Assembly (NCBI GenBank): GCA_963768145.1
Contig: CAVYHK010000033.1
Span: 227,756 to 291,755 of the forward strand
Direction of reading: 5' to 3'
Source: an uncultured Bacteroidota bacterium
GTDB taxonomy: Bacteria > Bacteroidota > Ignavibacteria > Kryptoniales > JAKASW01
Length of the DNA stretch: 64,000 nucleotides
Under the pieces are notes generated by a model that worked only from the letters and a program-made list of their open reading frames with translations, was not told where the DNA came from and did no database searches. The position numbers and the translations under genes are program-made. This document shows positions 45,878 through 54,424 of this stretch, in pieces; positions within the stretch are counted from its first letter, which is position 1, and each line of letters starts with the position of its first letter.

Positions 45878-48289
45878 ATGCAACTGCGAATAGGTCTCTG
45901 TGTCGTCGTGTCTTCTCTCATCTCTCTTTATGGCGCATCTGTGCTGTCTCAGAGTGTGTACACAATTTCCGGCCGGATCATAGATTCAAAGACTGGCGAG
46001 TCCCTACCATCTGCAAGTGTGCGCATCTCGGGCTCAGAAAGAGGTACGATCACCAATCTGGATGGCACGTATCTTATTTCACTTCCGGCAGGTGATTATA
46101 CTCTCATCTACAGCTACGTGGGTTATCAAACAGATTCCGCGAGTGTTGCGCTTACGGGCAATATGCGTGAAGATGTCAGGCTCGAACCGGCAAACATAGT
46201 CCTTCCGGAGATAATCTCCGTTGCGGAAGACCCGGCCTACGCGATCATCCGAAAGGCGATCGAAAAAAAACATCAATGGGCAAAGCTTCTTCGATCGTAC
46301 GATTTCAAAGCATTTACAAGACTGGCAATCTACAGGGATACTTCCCTCGCGGGAATCACTGAATCTTACACGGATGGTTACTGGCATGAAGGCGATTCGC
46401 TTCACGAGGTGGTCATTCAAAGACGTGAGACTAAAAACTTGCCCGAAGCGGGATTCATACCGTCGGTCGGCGAGATAATAAATTTCACGGATGAGATGAT
46501 CGATTTTGTCGGGTACAAATTTGTCGGTCCGATTGCAGAGAATGCTCTCGATTATTATAAATACAAACTCCTCAGAACATTTGAGAAGAACAACATCGTG
46601 GTGTATGAGATTGAAGTCGTTCCAGATTCTAGAATTGTTCCACTTTTTGCCGGCAAGATTTCAATTGCCGATTCTTCATACGCGGTGATGGGGATCGATT
46701 TCCATCCTAACGAGGCATTCAGTATTCCTTTTCTGACCAACCTGAAACTGGATTTTAGTCAGCATTACTCTCTCTACAAAGATACGTTCTGGATGCCGAC
46801 CGACATAGTAACTGACTTCGGAATGAAGATCCAATTTGCAGGAATGTCGCTTCCGAAACTCGTTGTGAGTGAGACGTCGGACATTTACGATTATGCGCTG
46901 AATACTGAAATCCCCGATTCGATATTTCAGAAACCCGCTCTTGCTGTCGACTCAAGCGCGACAAAGTTTGATTCCACATTCTGGAGCACGCATGAAGTTC
47001 TGCCGCTGACTGCTGCCGAACAGAAAGGATATGAGACACTCGACAGCACGCAGACTCTGGCAAAACAATTCAAACCGACTGGCGCCACGGCAACTCTTTT
47101 CGGTCAAGGTGGACTCCTTTCATTCTTCAAATACGTCGATATACGATTCAATAGGGTTGAAGGCTGGTTCCTTGGCGGAAACTACACGCAGACCCCCGGT
47201 AAGAAACATACCGGGGTGTCATTTTCAAACGAAGGATCTGAAATTTTCCGGTTCACCGGCAGTTGGCAACTCAATCTCGCAGCGGGTTATGGAATCTCTG
47301 ACAAGACTTTCAAGTGGCGGGTCGGCGGAGCGTATCCATTCACTTTTCACTTCGCAAGTGACAGCATAAAAACACATAATTTTGTGCCTCAGGATGAAAT
47401 AGGCGCGGACGTCTATCGTGACATCAGCCATTATCCAGAAGACGATTTCTTCTCTTCTCTTACGACCACGATAACTTCACTTTTCGGATGCAATGATTAT
47501 TACAATTACTACATGACTTACGGGTGGACGGCGCACTACTCCGTCGAGCCGCTCCGAAATCTCAGCGCCACCGCATTCTATTTATCGGAAGACGAAACAA
47601 GTGTCGTGAACCACGCGAATTTCCGCATCCTTTCATTCGATAACACCTACCGATTGAATCCGCCGATCATGGCCGGAGAGATGCGAAGCGTGAAATTGGA
47701 CGTCCATTACGGGGACGAGAGAGCACCGCTCGGCATACTGCCGGTAAACGCCATTGAACTTTCTGCCGAGTATTCGTCGCCATCACTGCTGGCAAGTGAT
47801 TTTCATTTCAGCCGGTATCACGTGACGGCATCGTACCACTTCGATACATTCTTGACGGATTATCTTCTCCCACCTCAAATGCAAATGATGTTCTCAAGCG
47901 GCATTTCAACCGGCACGCTGCCGGTGCAAAGGGAGTTTGTGCTCGACTCACAGATTGGAGGACTCGCGCCTTTCGGAGTCCTGAAAACCGCTCAGCCGGT
48001 AGAGTTTGCAGGCGACAGGTTTGTTATGGTTTCGGTGGAACAAAACTTCCGCAACGTTCCTTTCCTGCTTCTCGGTATTCCCTATGTTTACAAGCAAGGG
48101 CTGGAAGTTCTGATCGATGTTTCAGCGGCACAGTCATGGCTCAATGGAAAATCGACCACGAACGGCTGGTATTACGAAGCCGGAATCGGCCTCGGAAAAA
48201 TTCTCGGACTGATCCGCATGGACTTCACTTACCGTGTGAGCAGGCCCAACGTGCTTTTCTTCAGCGTCGGGATGAGCAGCATACTGTAG
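45878..48289 (+). CDS. carboxypeptidase-regulatory-like domain + DUF5686 family protein
   Basis: YTISGRIIDSKTGESLPSASVRISGSERGTITNLDGTYLISLPAGDYTLIYSYVGYQ (CarboxypepD_reg), then a ~700-aa body typical of DUF5686. Confidence 0.7.
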   Translation: MQLRIGLCVVVSSLISLYGASVLSQSVYTISGRIIDSKTGESLPSASVRISGSERGTITNLDGTYLISLPAGDYTLIYSYVGYQTDSASVALTGNMREDVRLEPANIVLPEIISVAEDPAYAIIRKAIEKKHQWAKLLRSYDFKAFTRLAIYRDTSLAGITESYTDGYWHEGDSLHEVVIQRRETKNLPEAGFIPSVGEIINFTDEMIDFVGYKFVGPIAENALDYYKYKLLRTFEKNNIVVYEIEVVPDSRIVPLFAGKISIADSSYAVMGIDFHPNEAFSIPFLTNLKLDFSQHYSLYKDTFWMPTDIVTDFGMKIQFAGMSLPKLVVSETSDIYDYALNTEIPDSIFQKPALAVDSSATKFDSTFWSTHEVLPLTAAEQKGYETLDSTQTLAKQFKPTGATATLFGQGGLLSFFKYVDIRFNRVEGWFLGGNYTQTPGKKHTGVSFSNEGSEIFRFTGSWQLNLAAGYGISDKTFKWRVGGAYPFTFHFASDSIKTHNFVPQDEIGADVYRDISHYPEDDFFSSLTTTITSLFGCNDYYNYYMTYGWTAHYSVEPLRNLSATAFYLSEDETSVVNHANFRILSFDNTYRLNPPIMAGEMRSVKLDVHYGDERAPLGILPVNAIELSAEYSSPSLLASDFHFSRYHVTASYHFDTFLTDYLLPPQMQMMFSSGISTGTLPVQREFVLDSQIGGLAPFGVLKTAQPVEFAGDRFVMVSVEQNFRNVPFLLLGIPYVYKQGLEVLIDVSAAQSWLNGKSTTNGWYYEAGIGLGKILGLIRMDFTYRVSRPNVLFFSVGMSSIL

Positions 48290-48354
48290 GCGCGGAAATG
48301 GCCTAGGGGGGATTGATGGAATACTGGAGTAATGGATAGTTGGAATGTTGATCT

Positions 48355-48585
48355 ATGGGTTCGAGATTTTTTCTTCCACCAGGTTTGGCAAGTATGGGTG
48401 ACGGTTTTACAAAGGAATACAAAGTGGATAAGCTTGTCTATCTCGAATCCGCGAATGATGTGAGGGTGGCGATAAAAAGGGAGAAACAAATCAAGAAGTG
48501 GTATCGGAAATGGAAGATAGAACTGATTGAGGCGGAAAATCCCGACTGGAACGATTTGTACGAAGTACCGGTCTCTCTAAAGTGA
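48355..48585 (+). CDS. GIY-YIG nuclease family protein, N-terminally truncated remnant
   Basis: GFTKEYKVDKLVYLE....AIKREKQIKKWYRKWKIELIEAENPDWNDL matches the C-terminal half. The GIY..YIG part is missing. It is followed by VIPDLIGNP / WIPASAGMT-type hairpins. Confidence 0.6.
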   Translation: MGSRFFLPPGLASMGDGFTKEYKVDKLVYLESANDVRVAIKREKQIKKWYRKWKIELIEAENPDWNDLYEVPVSLK

Positions 48586-49111
48586 AGGTGTCCACTTCAA
48601 TGCTTTGTCATTCCCGATCTAATCGGGAATCCACACTTTGGAAGACATCGTCCCTTCAATTTGTTCTGGTTATCTCACGGACTGGATTCCCGCTTCCGCG
48701 GGAATGACAGAGCGTGGGGTTATGTCATTTCGGCGAGTCCCTCCTTCTTCACGAACGGACGATGAGAAATTCTCTGCGAGAGTCCTCAAATGTTAATTTA
48801 GAAGTCACCAATAGTAGATTCCTCCACGCGTTTTCCTCGCTCACACGACGAAAACTTGGTCGGAACGACAAAAGAGCGAATTTGTCACCTCTCCTTCCCG
48901 GGGCTGGGGGTTACCCTGCGACAGTCGATCGGTAATAAGCGAATCGGTTTGAAGTTCATGGATTAAAGAAATAAATTTGGAAGTTAAATGGGCGGCAAAG
49001 AAAAAGAAAACAAATGCTACGTGTAGATCGGACCGAATCGGGTTACATATACGAAATGGGCAGTTACAGTAGTTGTGCGCATGGTGCACCTCAACAAGTC
49101 GCACATAGGCA

Positions 49112-49816
49112 ATGTTAAATTCAGATAAGTTCCTCGCCGCGTTCAAAGATATCGAGTATCATCTAAGGAAGACCATGCAGGATGAGAAGAGACGATTGAG
49201 GTTTTACGATCTCCTAGATCAATGCATAGCTAAGATTCCCGCTCTTGAGCATTTCCAGGATGACTTGAAAATGTACGCCAATTTACGCAACACCCTAGTC
49301 CACGAAAATGTCATTATCGTTGAACCCAATCAACGTGCTGTTGAGGATATTGAGAGGATACGAGAATTCATTCTCAGACCTCCAAAAGTTTTTCCAACAT
49401 TTAAGAGAGAGGTCTTGACCCTTCAAAAGACTGATAGCATCGGCAGTGCCGTTGAATTGATGCAGAGGTTTAATTTCTCGCAGATTCCTGTTCTTGACGG
49501 TCAGAGGTTTGTGAATCTTCTCACCTCAAATACAGTGGCTCGTTGGTTGGGTAAGTCGGTTCACGAAGAGATCTTCAGCCTGGCCGAGACGAACATCTCC
49601 AAGGTTCTCCAGTTCACTGAGGATAAGGACGTGTTCGAATTCCGTTCCAAGACAACGACCATCTTTGAGGCAATACAACTATTTAAGCGATTTGAACATG
49701 ATGGAAAACGACTGGAAGCACTACTCATAACTCCTTCTGGGAGTCGATCTGAACTGATAGTTGGCATAATGACGATATATGATCTGCCTAGAGCGATCAA
49801 GTTAATCGGTGAGTAG
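49112..49816 (+). CDS. HEPN-like (RNTLVH) N-terminal domain fused to a CBS pair
   Basis: The N-terminal ~90 aa is helical with the YANLRNTLVHEN (Rx4H) motif. Residues ~95-230 carry two CBS motifs (..FSQIPVLDGQRFVNLLT.., ..LIVGIMTIYDL..). Confidence 0.55.
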   Translation: MLNSDKFLAAFKDIEYHLRKTMQDEKRRLRFYDLLDQCIAKIPALEHFQDDLKMYANLRNTLVHENVIIVEPNQRAVEDIERIREFILRPPKVFPTFKREVLTLQKTDSIGSAVELMQRFNFSQIPVLDGQRFVNLLTSNTVARWLGKSVHEEIFSLAETNISKVLQFTEDKDVFEFRSKTTTIFEAIQLFKRFEHDGKRLEALLITPSGSRSELIVGIMTIYDLPRAIKLIGE

Positions 49817-50109
49817 ATGAGTTGCACTCAGCGTGTAACAATGGTGGCAACGGCGTTCGCACATTTTTGAAAACACGCAGGGAATATGGAGTTCGCTCAA
49901 TCCCGCTTACTGGATTTGATGGAAATGGGAGGTGGGATGAAGCCAGATTGAGTTATGTAGGCTGTATTTCTTCAAACTCACCTCGACAAATTGTCGCCAC
50001 CATGGTCGCGCGTGCAGATATTAGAGATCTGTTGCTTTATCCAATTGAGGTACGACCGTAAATCTATTATGTTTTGATCGTCAGGAAGAACTTAATCAAG
50101 GAAAAAATA

Positions 50110-50760
50110 ATGACGTCCCTATTCTTAGTTGTTGCTTTTATGGCTACATCTCTGGCTTTCGCTCAAAGAACAGTTGCAGTTGACTCTCTAACCCATGACA
50201 CCCTTTTTACAAAGCCGCTGTGGTTTGACCATGACTTTACTGACGGGGACATTAAATGGGGGAAGGCATTGCCCTTCAATGTGTTCCCAATTCAGGAATA
50301 TGAGACTGAAGGACATACAGTTGACATTGGGCAAATGCGTGGATACGGCTACGACACTACCTCATTTAACGATGACGAAATAATGAATGGCGGAACGTTA
50401 ACCGTCTGGCAACTCGATGGCAAGGTTTATATAGCACAATACGAAGCTCAATGCTTTCACCCCGAAAATCTTATTAAACGGATCTCCCGTAACTACGGAA
50501 AACCCCAGAAAAAATCTGCCGCAAAAGGGGTGAGCATGCAAAAAGTTTTCACTGAGGCCTACACTTGGCAGAATACGCATGTGCAAGTTACTCTAACGGT
50601 GTTAAAATCCGTTTGGGGTTGGGTCGGCAAACTTGCAGTCGTCAAATTGCCAGAAGGATCTAGACTTTTGAAGTATTGGATTGATGCACAGAATAACACC
50701 CAATGGATAAATCAATTTACTCGCCACAACACGCACGACGTGAATCTTAACCCAATTTAA
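50110..50760 (+). CDS. hypothetical secreted protein
   Basis: Signal peptide MTSLFLVVAFMATSLAFAQ. No recognisable motif. Confidence 0.4.
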   Translation: MTSLFLVVAFMATSLAFAQRTVAVDSLTHDTLFTKPLWFDHDFTDGDIKWGKALPFNVFPIQEYETEGHTVDIGQMRGYGYDTTSFNDDEIMNGGTLTVWQLDGKVYIAQYEAQCFHPENLIKRISRNYGKPQKKSAAKGVSMQKVFTEAYTWQNTHVQVTLTVLKSVWGWVGKLAVVKLPEGSRLLKYWIDAQNNTQWINQFTRHNTHDVNLNPI

Positions 50761-50833
50761 AGACGCCATAATCACAATCAAGAATGCCAGGAAAAACAAA
50801 TCAAGTAGAAAAAGATGCTTGTGAAAGATTGTA

Positions 50834-51040
50834 TCACCTTCTCGCTTTAAGTGTTCCCTCTTTGATCTTTTCCTCAACAGTAAGTATCTCTGCTCTTCTT
50901 CCGTAATACACACCAGCCGGTGTAATATTGTCGAAAGAGTCGTGGTAGCATTCATTGTTGCAGTAGTCGATGAGGTGACGGACCTAGTTTCCCAGTTCCC
51001 AAGGCAGAGAGTATTTCAACGGGTTGCTAAAAAATTCGCC
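50834..51040 (-). pseudogene. C-terminal remnant of a DDE (rve-type) transposase/integrase
   Basis: The minus strand reads GEFFSNPLKYSLPWELGN*VRHLIDYCNNECYHDSFDNITPAGVYYGRRAEILTVEEKIKEGTLKARR*, the YYN..R.H.SL.N.TP..VY.GR tail typical of rve transposases. It has an in-frame stop and no N-terminal catalytic part. Confidence 0.65.
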
Positions 51041-51048
51041 TCATAACC

Positions 51049-51804
51049 TTACCACCTGCTATTCATTCTCCGAAAACTTTCGTCAAGCTCAGCCCTCGAA
51101 GCTTTGATGGAGCCTTCCGTCATCCCGTAACCGATTTCGAATACATCATTTTTCAAACCCAGCATCACGGCAGCAACAAATTCCTCAGGCGTTAGGCCTG
51201 CTTTATAATTGCCTCGCTTGGCTCTTCCTTCTGGGTTTAATTCCGTATCAACACCCGGCGGAACCACCTCGAACACTTTGATCCCGATCTTGGAAAGCTG
51301 ATGCCTGAGTGCCATGGAGAATGCGTGGAGTGCAGCTTTGGTCGCACTGTATACGGGCATCCTGGCGGCGGGCACAAAACCCAATCCGGATGAAACATTG
51401 ATGATCGCGGCCCCTTTCTTTCCGGCCAAATACGGAATCAACATGCCGGATAAGATTATCGGGGCTTCTAGGTTTATCTTGATTTCGTTTTCTCCGGCTA
51501 AGAATTCACCAGCGCCTTTTGTGAAATCTACATCCCTTTGAATCCCGGCATTGTTTACCAGTACGTTTAAGTCGCTGAACTTAGTAGTAACCCATTCCAC
51601 GAGCGTCCTTCGATCAGCTTCGTCGGCTACATCACATGCTCTGATATGGAGCCCCGGATGTTTCTTCTGAGCTTCGAGAAGTCTCCCTTCCCGCCGGCCG
51701 CAAATTATCACTTCGCTCCCCGCTGTCAAGAATGATTCGGCAAAGGCATAACCTATGCCCGTTGCTCCGCCCGTAACTAATACTGTATTACCTGAAATTT
51801 CCAT
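51049..51804 (-). CDS. short-chain dehydrogenase/reductase (SDR) family oxidoreductase
   Basis: TVLVTGGATGIGYA...NNAG...YSATKAAL. Confidence 0.9.
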   Translation of the reverse strand: MEISGNTVLVTGGATGIGYAFAESFLTAGSEVIICGRREGRLLEAQKKHPGLHIRACDVADEADRRTLVEWVTTKFSDLNVLVNNAGIQRDVDFTKGAGEFLAGENEIKINLEAPIILSGMLIPYLAGKKGAAIINVSSGLGFVPAARMPVYSATKAALHAFSMALRHQLSKIGIKVFEVVPPGVDTELNPEGRAKRGNYKAGLTPEEFVAAVMLGLKNDVFEIGYGMTEGSIKASRAELDESFRRMNSRW

Positions 51805-51942
51805 TTGAAATAGACTCCGTAATTTTTTGTCGAGAGATTAAAAAGATAGAACACAGATAGGCATAGATGAAACGGATTCTCGCAGATCAAGAAATTGAAA
51901 ATTAAATCTGTGAAAATCAGTTCCCTTACTATCATCCGTGTT

Positions 51943-52638
51943 CTATTTTTTCCTTGTCGGATATCCAACCGTCTGGCCAAAGAGCACACGCTGCTCGGCA
52001 CGCAAATTCAATTTTGCCGAAAGAGCAGGCTTGTTGCAATTATGAAACCATGCCGCCAGACCTTGAGAAGCAGCGAACAGATATACGTTGCCTGCAATGA
52101 GTCCCGTATCGACAAAATAATATGATTTTTGAACCTCAGGATCCTGGAGTCCAGGTTCCTGATAACCGGATGTGTGAGAGAGTCTGTTGATATCCACGAC
52201 GTAGATGAGCTGAACTGGAGCCTTCATTATGAAATCCGCCTGGCCAGCACCGATCGCCAGCCCACGTAGATCGCCCGCAACAACTGGATCGAGCCTATGA
52301 TGGAATGCGTCATATAGATAGACTCCTTCCTCCATGGCGACATAAAGATCGATCTCCTGCGAGTTACTTGCCGATGCGGCGGTTCTTCCGGGGATTTCAA
52401 ACGGCCCCGTCTTACGATTTACTCCACACGCCGCCCAGAGTAAGTTTGAAATTACCTGCAAAGAAAGTTTTCTGTCGCTTATCTCGCGACTGGTTCTTCT
52501 TTGCTGCAGGGCCTTTACTACTGACGTACCGCGACTCAGCGCAGGCTTAGGCAGCTTGATCGGCAGCAGTTCACCTGAAGAAGCGTATCGAGCCACCGAA
52601 ATGGTACGAGGATCTTTCATTTTTCTCTTGGAAACCAT
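51943..52638 (-). CDS. nitroreductase family (SagB/ThcOx-like) protein
   Basis: QQRRTSREISDRKLSLQVISNLLWAACGVNR. Confidence 0.7.
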   Translation of the reverse strand: MVSKRKMKDPRTISVARYASSGELLPIKLPKPALSRGTSVVKALQQRRTSREISDRKLSLQVISNLLWAACGVNRKTGPFEIPGRTAASASNSQEIDLYVAMEEGVYLYDAFHHRLDPVVAGDLRGLAIGAGQADFIMKAPVQLIYVVDINRLSHTSGYQEPGLQDPEVQKSYYFVDTGLIAGNVYLFAASQGLAAWFHNCNKPALSAKLNLRAEQRVLFGQTVGYPTRKK

Positions 52639-52807
52639 AGAATTTTCCTTTCGTCTTAATGTCGGTCAGCAATATAATAACAACTAATGCTCAATCCTTT
52701 CCTGGCAAACTTTTCTTTGATGATATTTATCAGTAAAATGAACGGCAGAACATTCAATCTTAATTCTAATATGCCTATTCATCAGTATCTTACATAAGGA
52801 CAGAATC

Positions 52808-53182
52808 ATGACACCATCACAAGACAGGCCCTATACGGTCGAATATTATTACAAAGCTAAGTGGGGACATGCAGACGAATTTTTACAACTATACAAAAAG
52901 AACCATCAACCGATTCTCAAAAAGAGGATGGAGCTGGGACACATATTGAAGCTTACCATGGTCAAGCCGCGTCTTCATGCAACCGAGGACTCACGGTGGG
53001 ACTTCAGAGCAACGATCGTGTGGAAGAACATTCAGGTAACAGATGAGGGCTTCAGCGAAGCGGAGCTTGCCCGCCTGCTTTATCCGGATTCAGAGACTCA
53101 CAAAAAAGAAGAGCAGCGTCGGTTCGAAATTCTGAAGGCACATTGGGATGTGCCGGTAGTAGAGGTTGATCTGGAAAAGTAA
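52808..53182 (+). CDS. hypothetical 124-aa protein
   Basis: An ORF with plausible composition. No family recognised. Confidence 0.35.
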   Translation: MTPSQDRPYTVEYYYKAKWGHADEFLQLYKKNHQPILKKRMELGHILKLTMVKPRLHATEDSRWDFRATIVWKNIQVTDEGFSEAELARLLYPDSETHKKEEQRRFEILKAHWDVPVVEVDLEK

Positions 53183-53499
53183 GTGCTTTTTCTTTCGCAA
53201 TCTTTCAGCATGGGAGCTAATAATCTATCGCGGGCAATCGCCGTAACTCTGAACCAGTGAATCCGTATCATAAATTGCAGATTCCAGCTTTACTTCCGCG
53301 GTCAGGTGGCGCAGTGCTCCGTTGGAAGATTGTAATCCTGCCGGTCTGAAAACCATTGATGTAGATTCCGAAACTTCTGCCTAACATTTCTTTTTCCAAT
53401 TGCCACGGCAGAACCGTCAAATAAAACATAGAAGATAGCCGTCTGATAAGAATAAGAACGACGTCGCACCGCAAGGTTGTGTTAACCCTGGACAGGGCT

Positions 53500-53655
53500 G
53501 GTACTGCCTCTGTTTGGATTCTCCCGCAAATTTCGCAGACTCCGTCGTGAGCTCAGTCGAACGATGAACGCTGATGACATATCTGCGAAAATCTGCGCGA
53601 TCAGCGGGAAACAAATATCTTCTGGTAGCTCGAAAATTGAAATTGAGCCACTACT
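53500..53655. mobile_element. 156-bp MITE (sister of 6743-6898), flanked by direct repeat ACAGGGCT
   Basis: acagggct occurs at 53492-53499 and 53656-53663. TIR GGTACTGCCT pairs with AGCCACTACT. Confidence 0.75.
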
Positions 53656-53662
53656 ACAGGGC

Positions 53663-53691
53663 TTGACAACGGAATCGGGAGATGTTATATT
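53663..53691 (+). promoter_or_regulatory. sigma70-like promoter TTGACA-N17-TATATT of the tetR-efflux operon (plus possible operator ATGACcgtcaaGTCAT 53692-53707)
   Basis: The -35 is at 53663-53668 and the -10 at 53686-53691. Confidence 0.5.
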
Positions 53692-54420
53692 ATGACCGTC
53701 AAGTCATATTTCGACTATGCAGTATCATTTCCGACTTTGGAGTTTGATGTGAAAGGTTTTCATTCCAACATTTCTGAAAATAGCCGACATGTCCTATCCC
53801 GAAAGGAGCGCGAGAAGCAATTGCGACAGCGGGAGATATTGAGTTCGGCCCGGGAACTCTTCCTCCAAAAAGGGTACCATAACACAACCCTTGAGGAAAT
53901 AGCTCAGCACGCAGAGTTCGGCAAAGGAACGATTTACAATTACTTCAGCAGTAAAGAGGAGCTCTTTTACGGTATACTCGACGACCTGATAGATGAAGTC
54001 CATGAGACTGCACAGTCGTCAATCAATACCCCCGGCAATATCCGCAGTAAATTCACAGCATACGCAAAGAGAATTGTTTCTTATGCAGAGGTAAACTCCG
54101 ATATCTTTCAGCTGATCGTTCGTGAAATGCACAGCTTGAACTCTCCCAATAGCGACGCCAAATTAAGAAACCTCAAACGACGCTACGCAAACGTCATGCA
54201 CCTCCTTGCCCAATTGATCAAAGATGAAATAGAAGAGAAAAAAATCAGAAAACTGGATCCTCTCAGATTGGCGACGTTATTCGACAGCATGGTTCAATTC
54301 TTTTGCATTAATCATTTCGGGCCGCACCGACTCGAGAAAATCGATAATATCGACGACGAAGTTGCCCTTATAGTCTCTGTTTTTTTCGATGGAATTTCAG
54401 AACCAAAACCGGAAGGATAA
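53692..54420 (+). CDS. TetR/AcrR family transcriptional regulator
   Basis: ILSSARELFLQKGYHNTTLEEIAQHAEFGKGTIYNYFSSKEELF. The true start may be the in-frame GTG at 53749 (GGAG 6 nt upstream), because the -10 box abuts the ATG at 53692. Confidence 0.85.
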   Translation: MTVKSYFDYAVSFPTLEFDVKGFHSNISENSRHVLSRKEREKQLRQREILSSARELFLQKGYHNTTLEEIAQHAEFGKGTIYNYFSSKEELFYGILDDLIDEVHETAQSSINTPGNIRSKFTAYAKRIVSYAEVNSDIFQLIVREMHSLNSPNSDAKLRNLKRRYANVMHLLAQLIKDEIEEKKIRKLDPLRLATLFDSMVQFFCINHFGPHRLEKIDNIDDEVALIVSVFFDGISEPKPEG

Positions 54421-54424
54421 CTTG

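Noticed and set aside
49985-50062. Possible tRNA on the minus strand with a CUA (amber-reading) anticodon loop (CAGAT-CTCTAAT-ATCTG, preceded by ..CCTCAATTGGATAAAGCA)
   Set aside because: The D-stem does not pair, there is no T-arm at all, and the acceptor pairs only 6/7 with a forced fold. At best it is a decayed tRNA 5' half or att-site remnant, not a functional suppressor tRNA.
53268-53474. Minus-strand ORF 53268-53474 (68 aa) in the gap before the MITE
   Set aside because: It has no recognisable family, no RBS and an odd composition, so it is treated as non-coding or a possible gene fragment.
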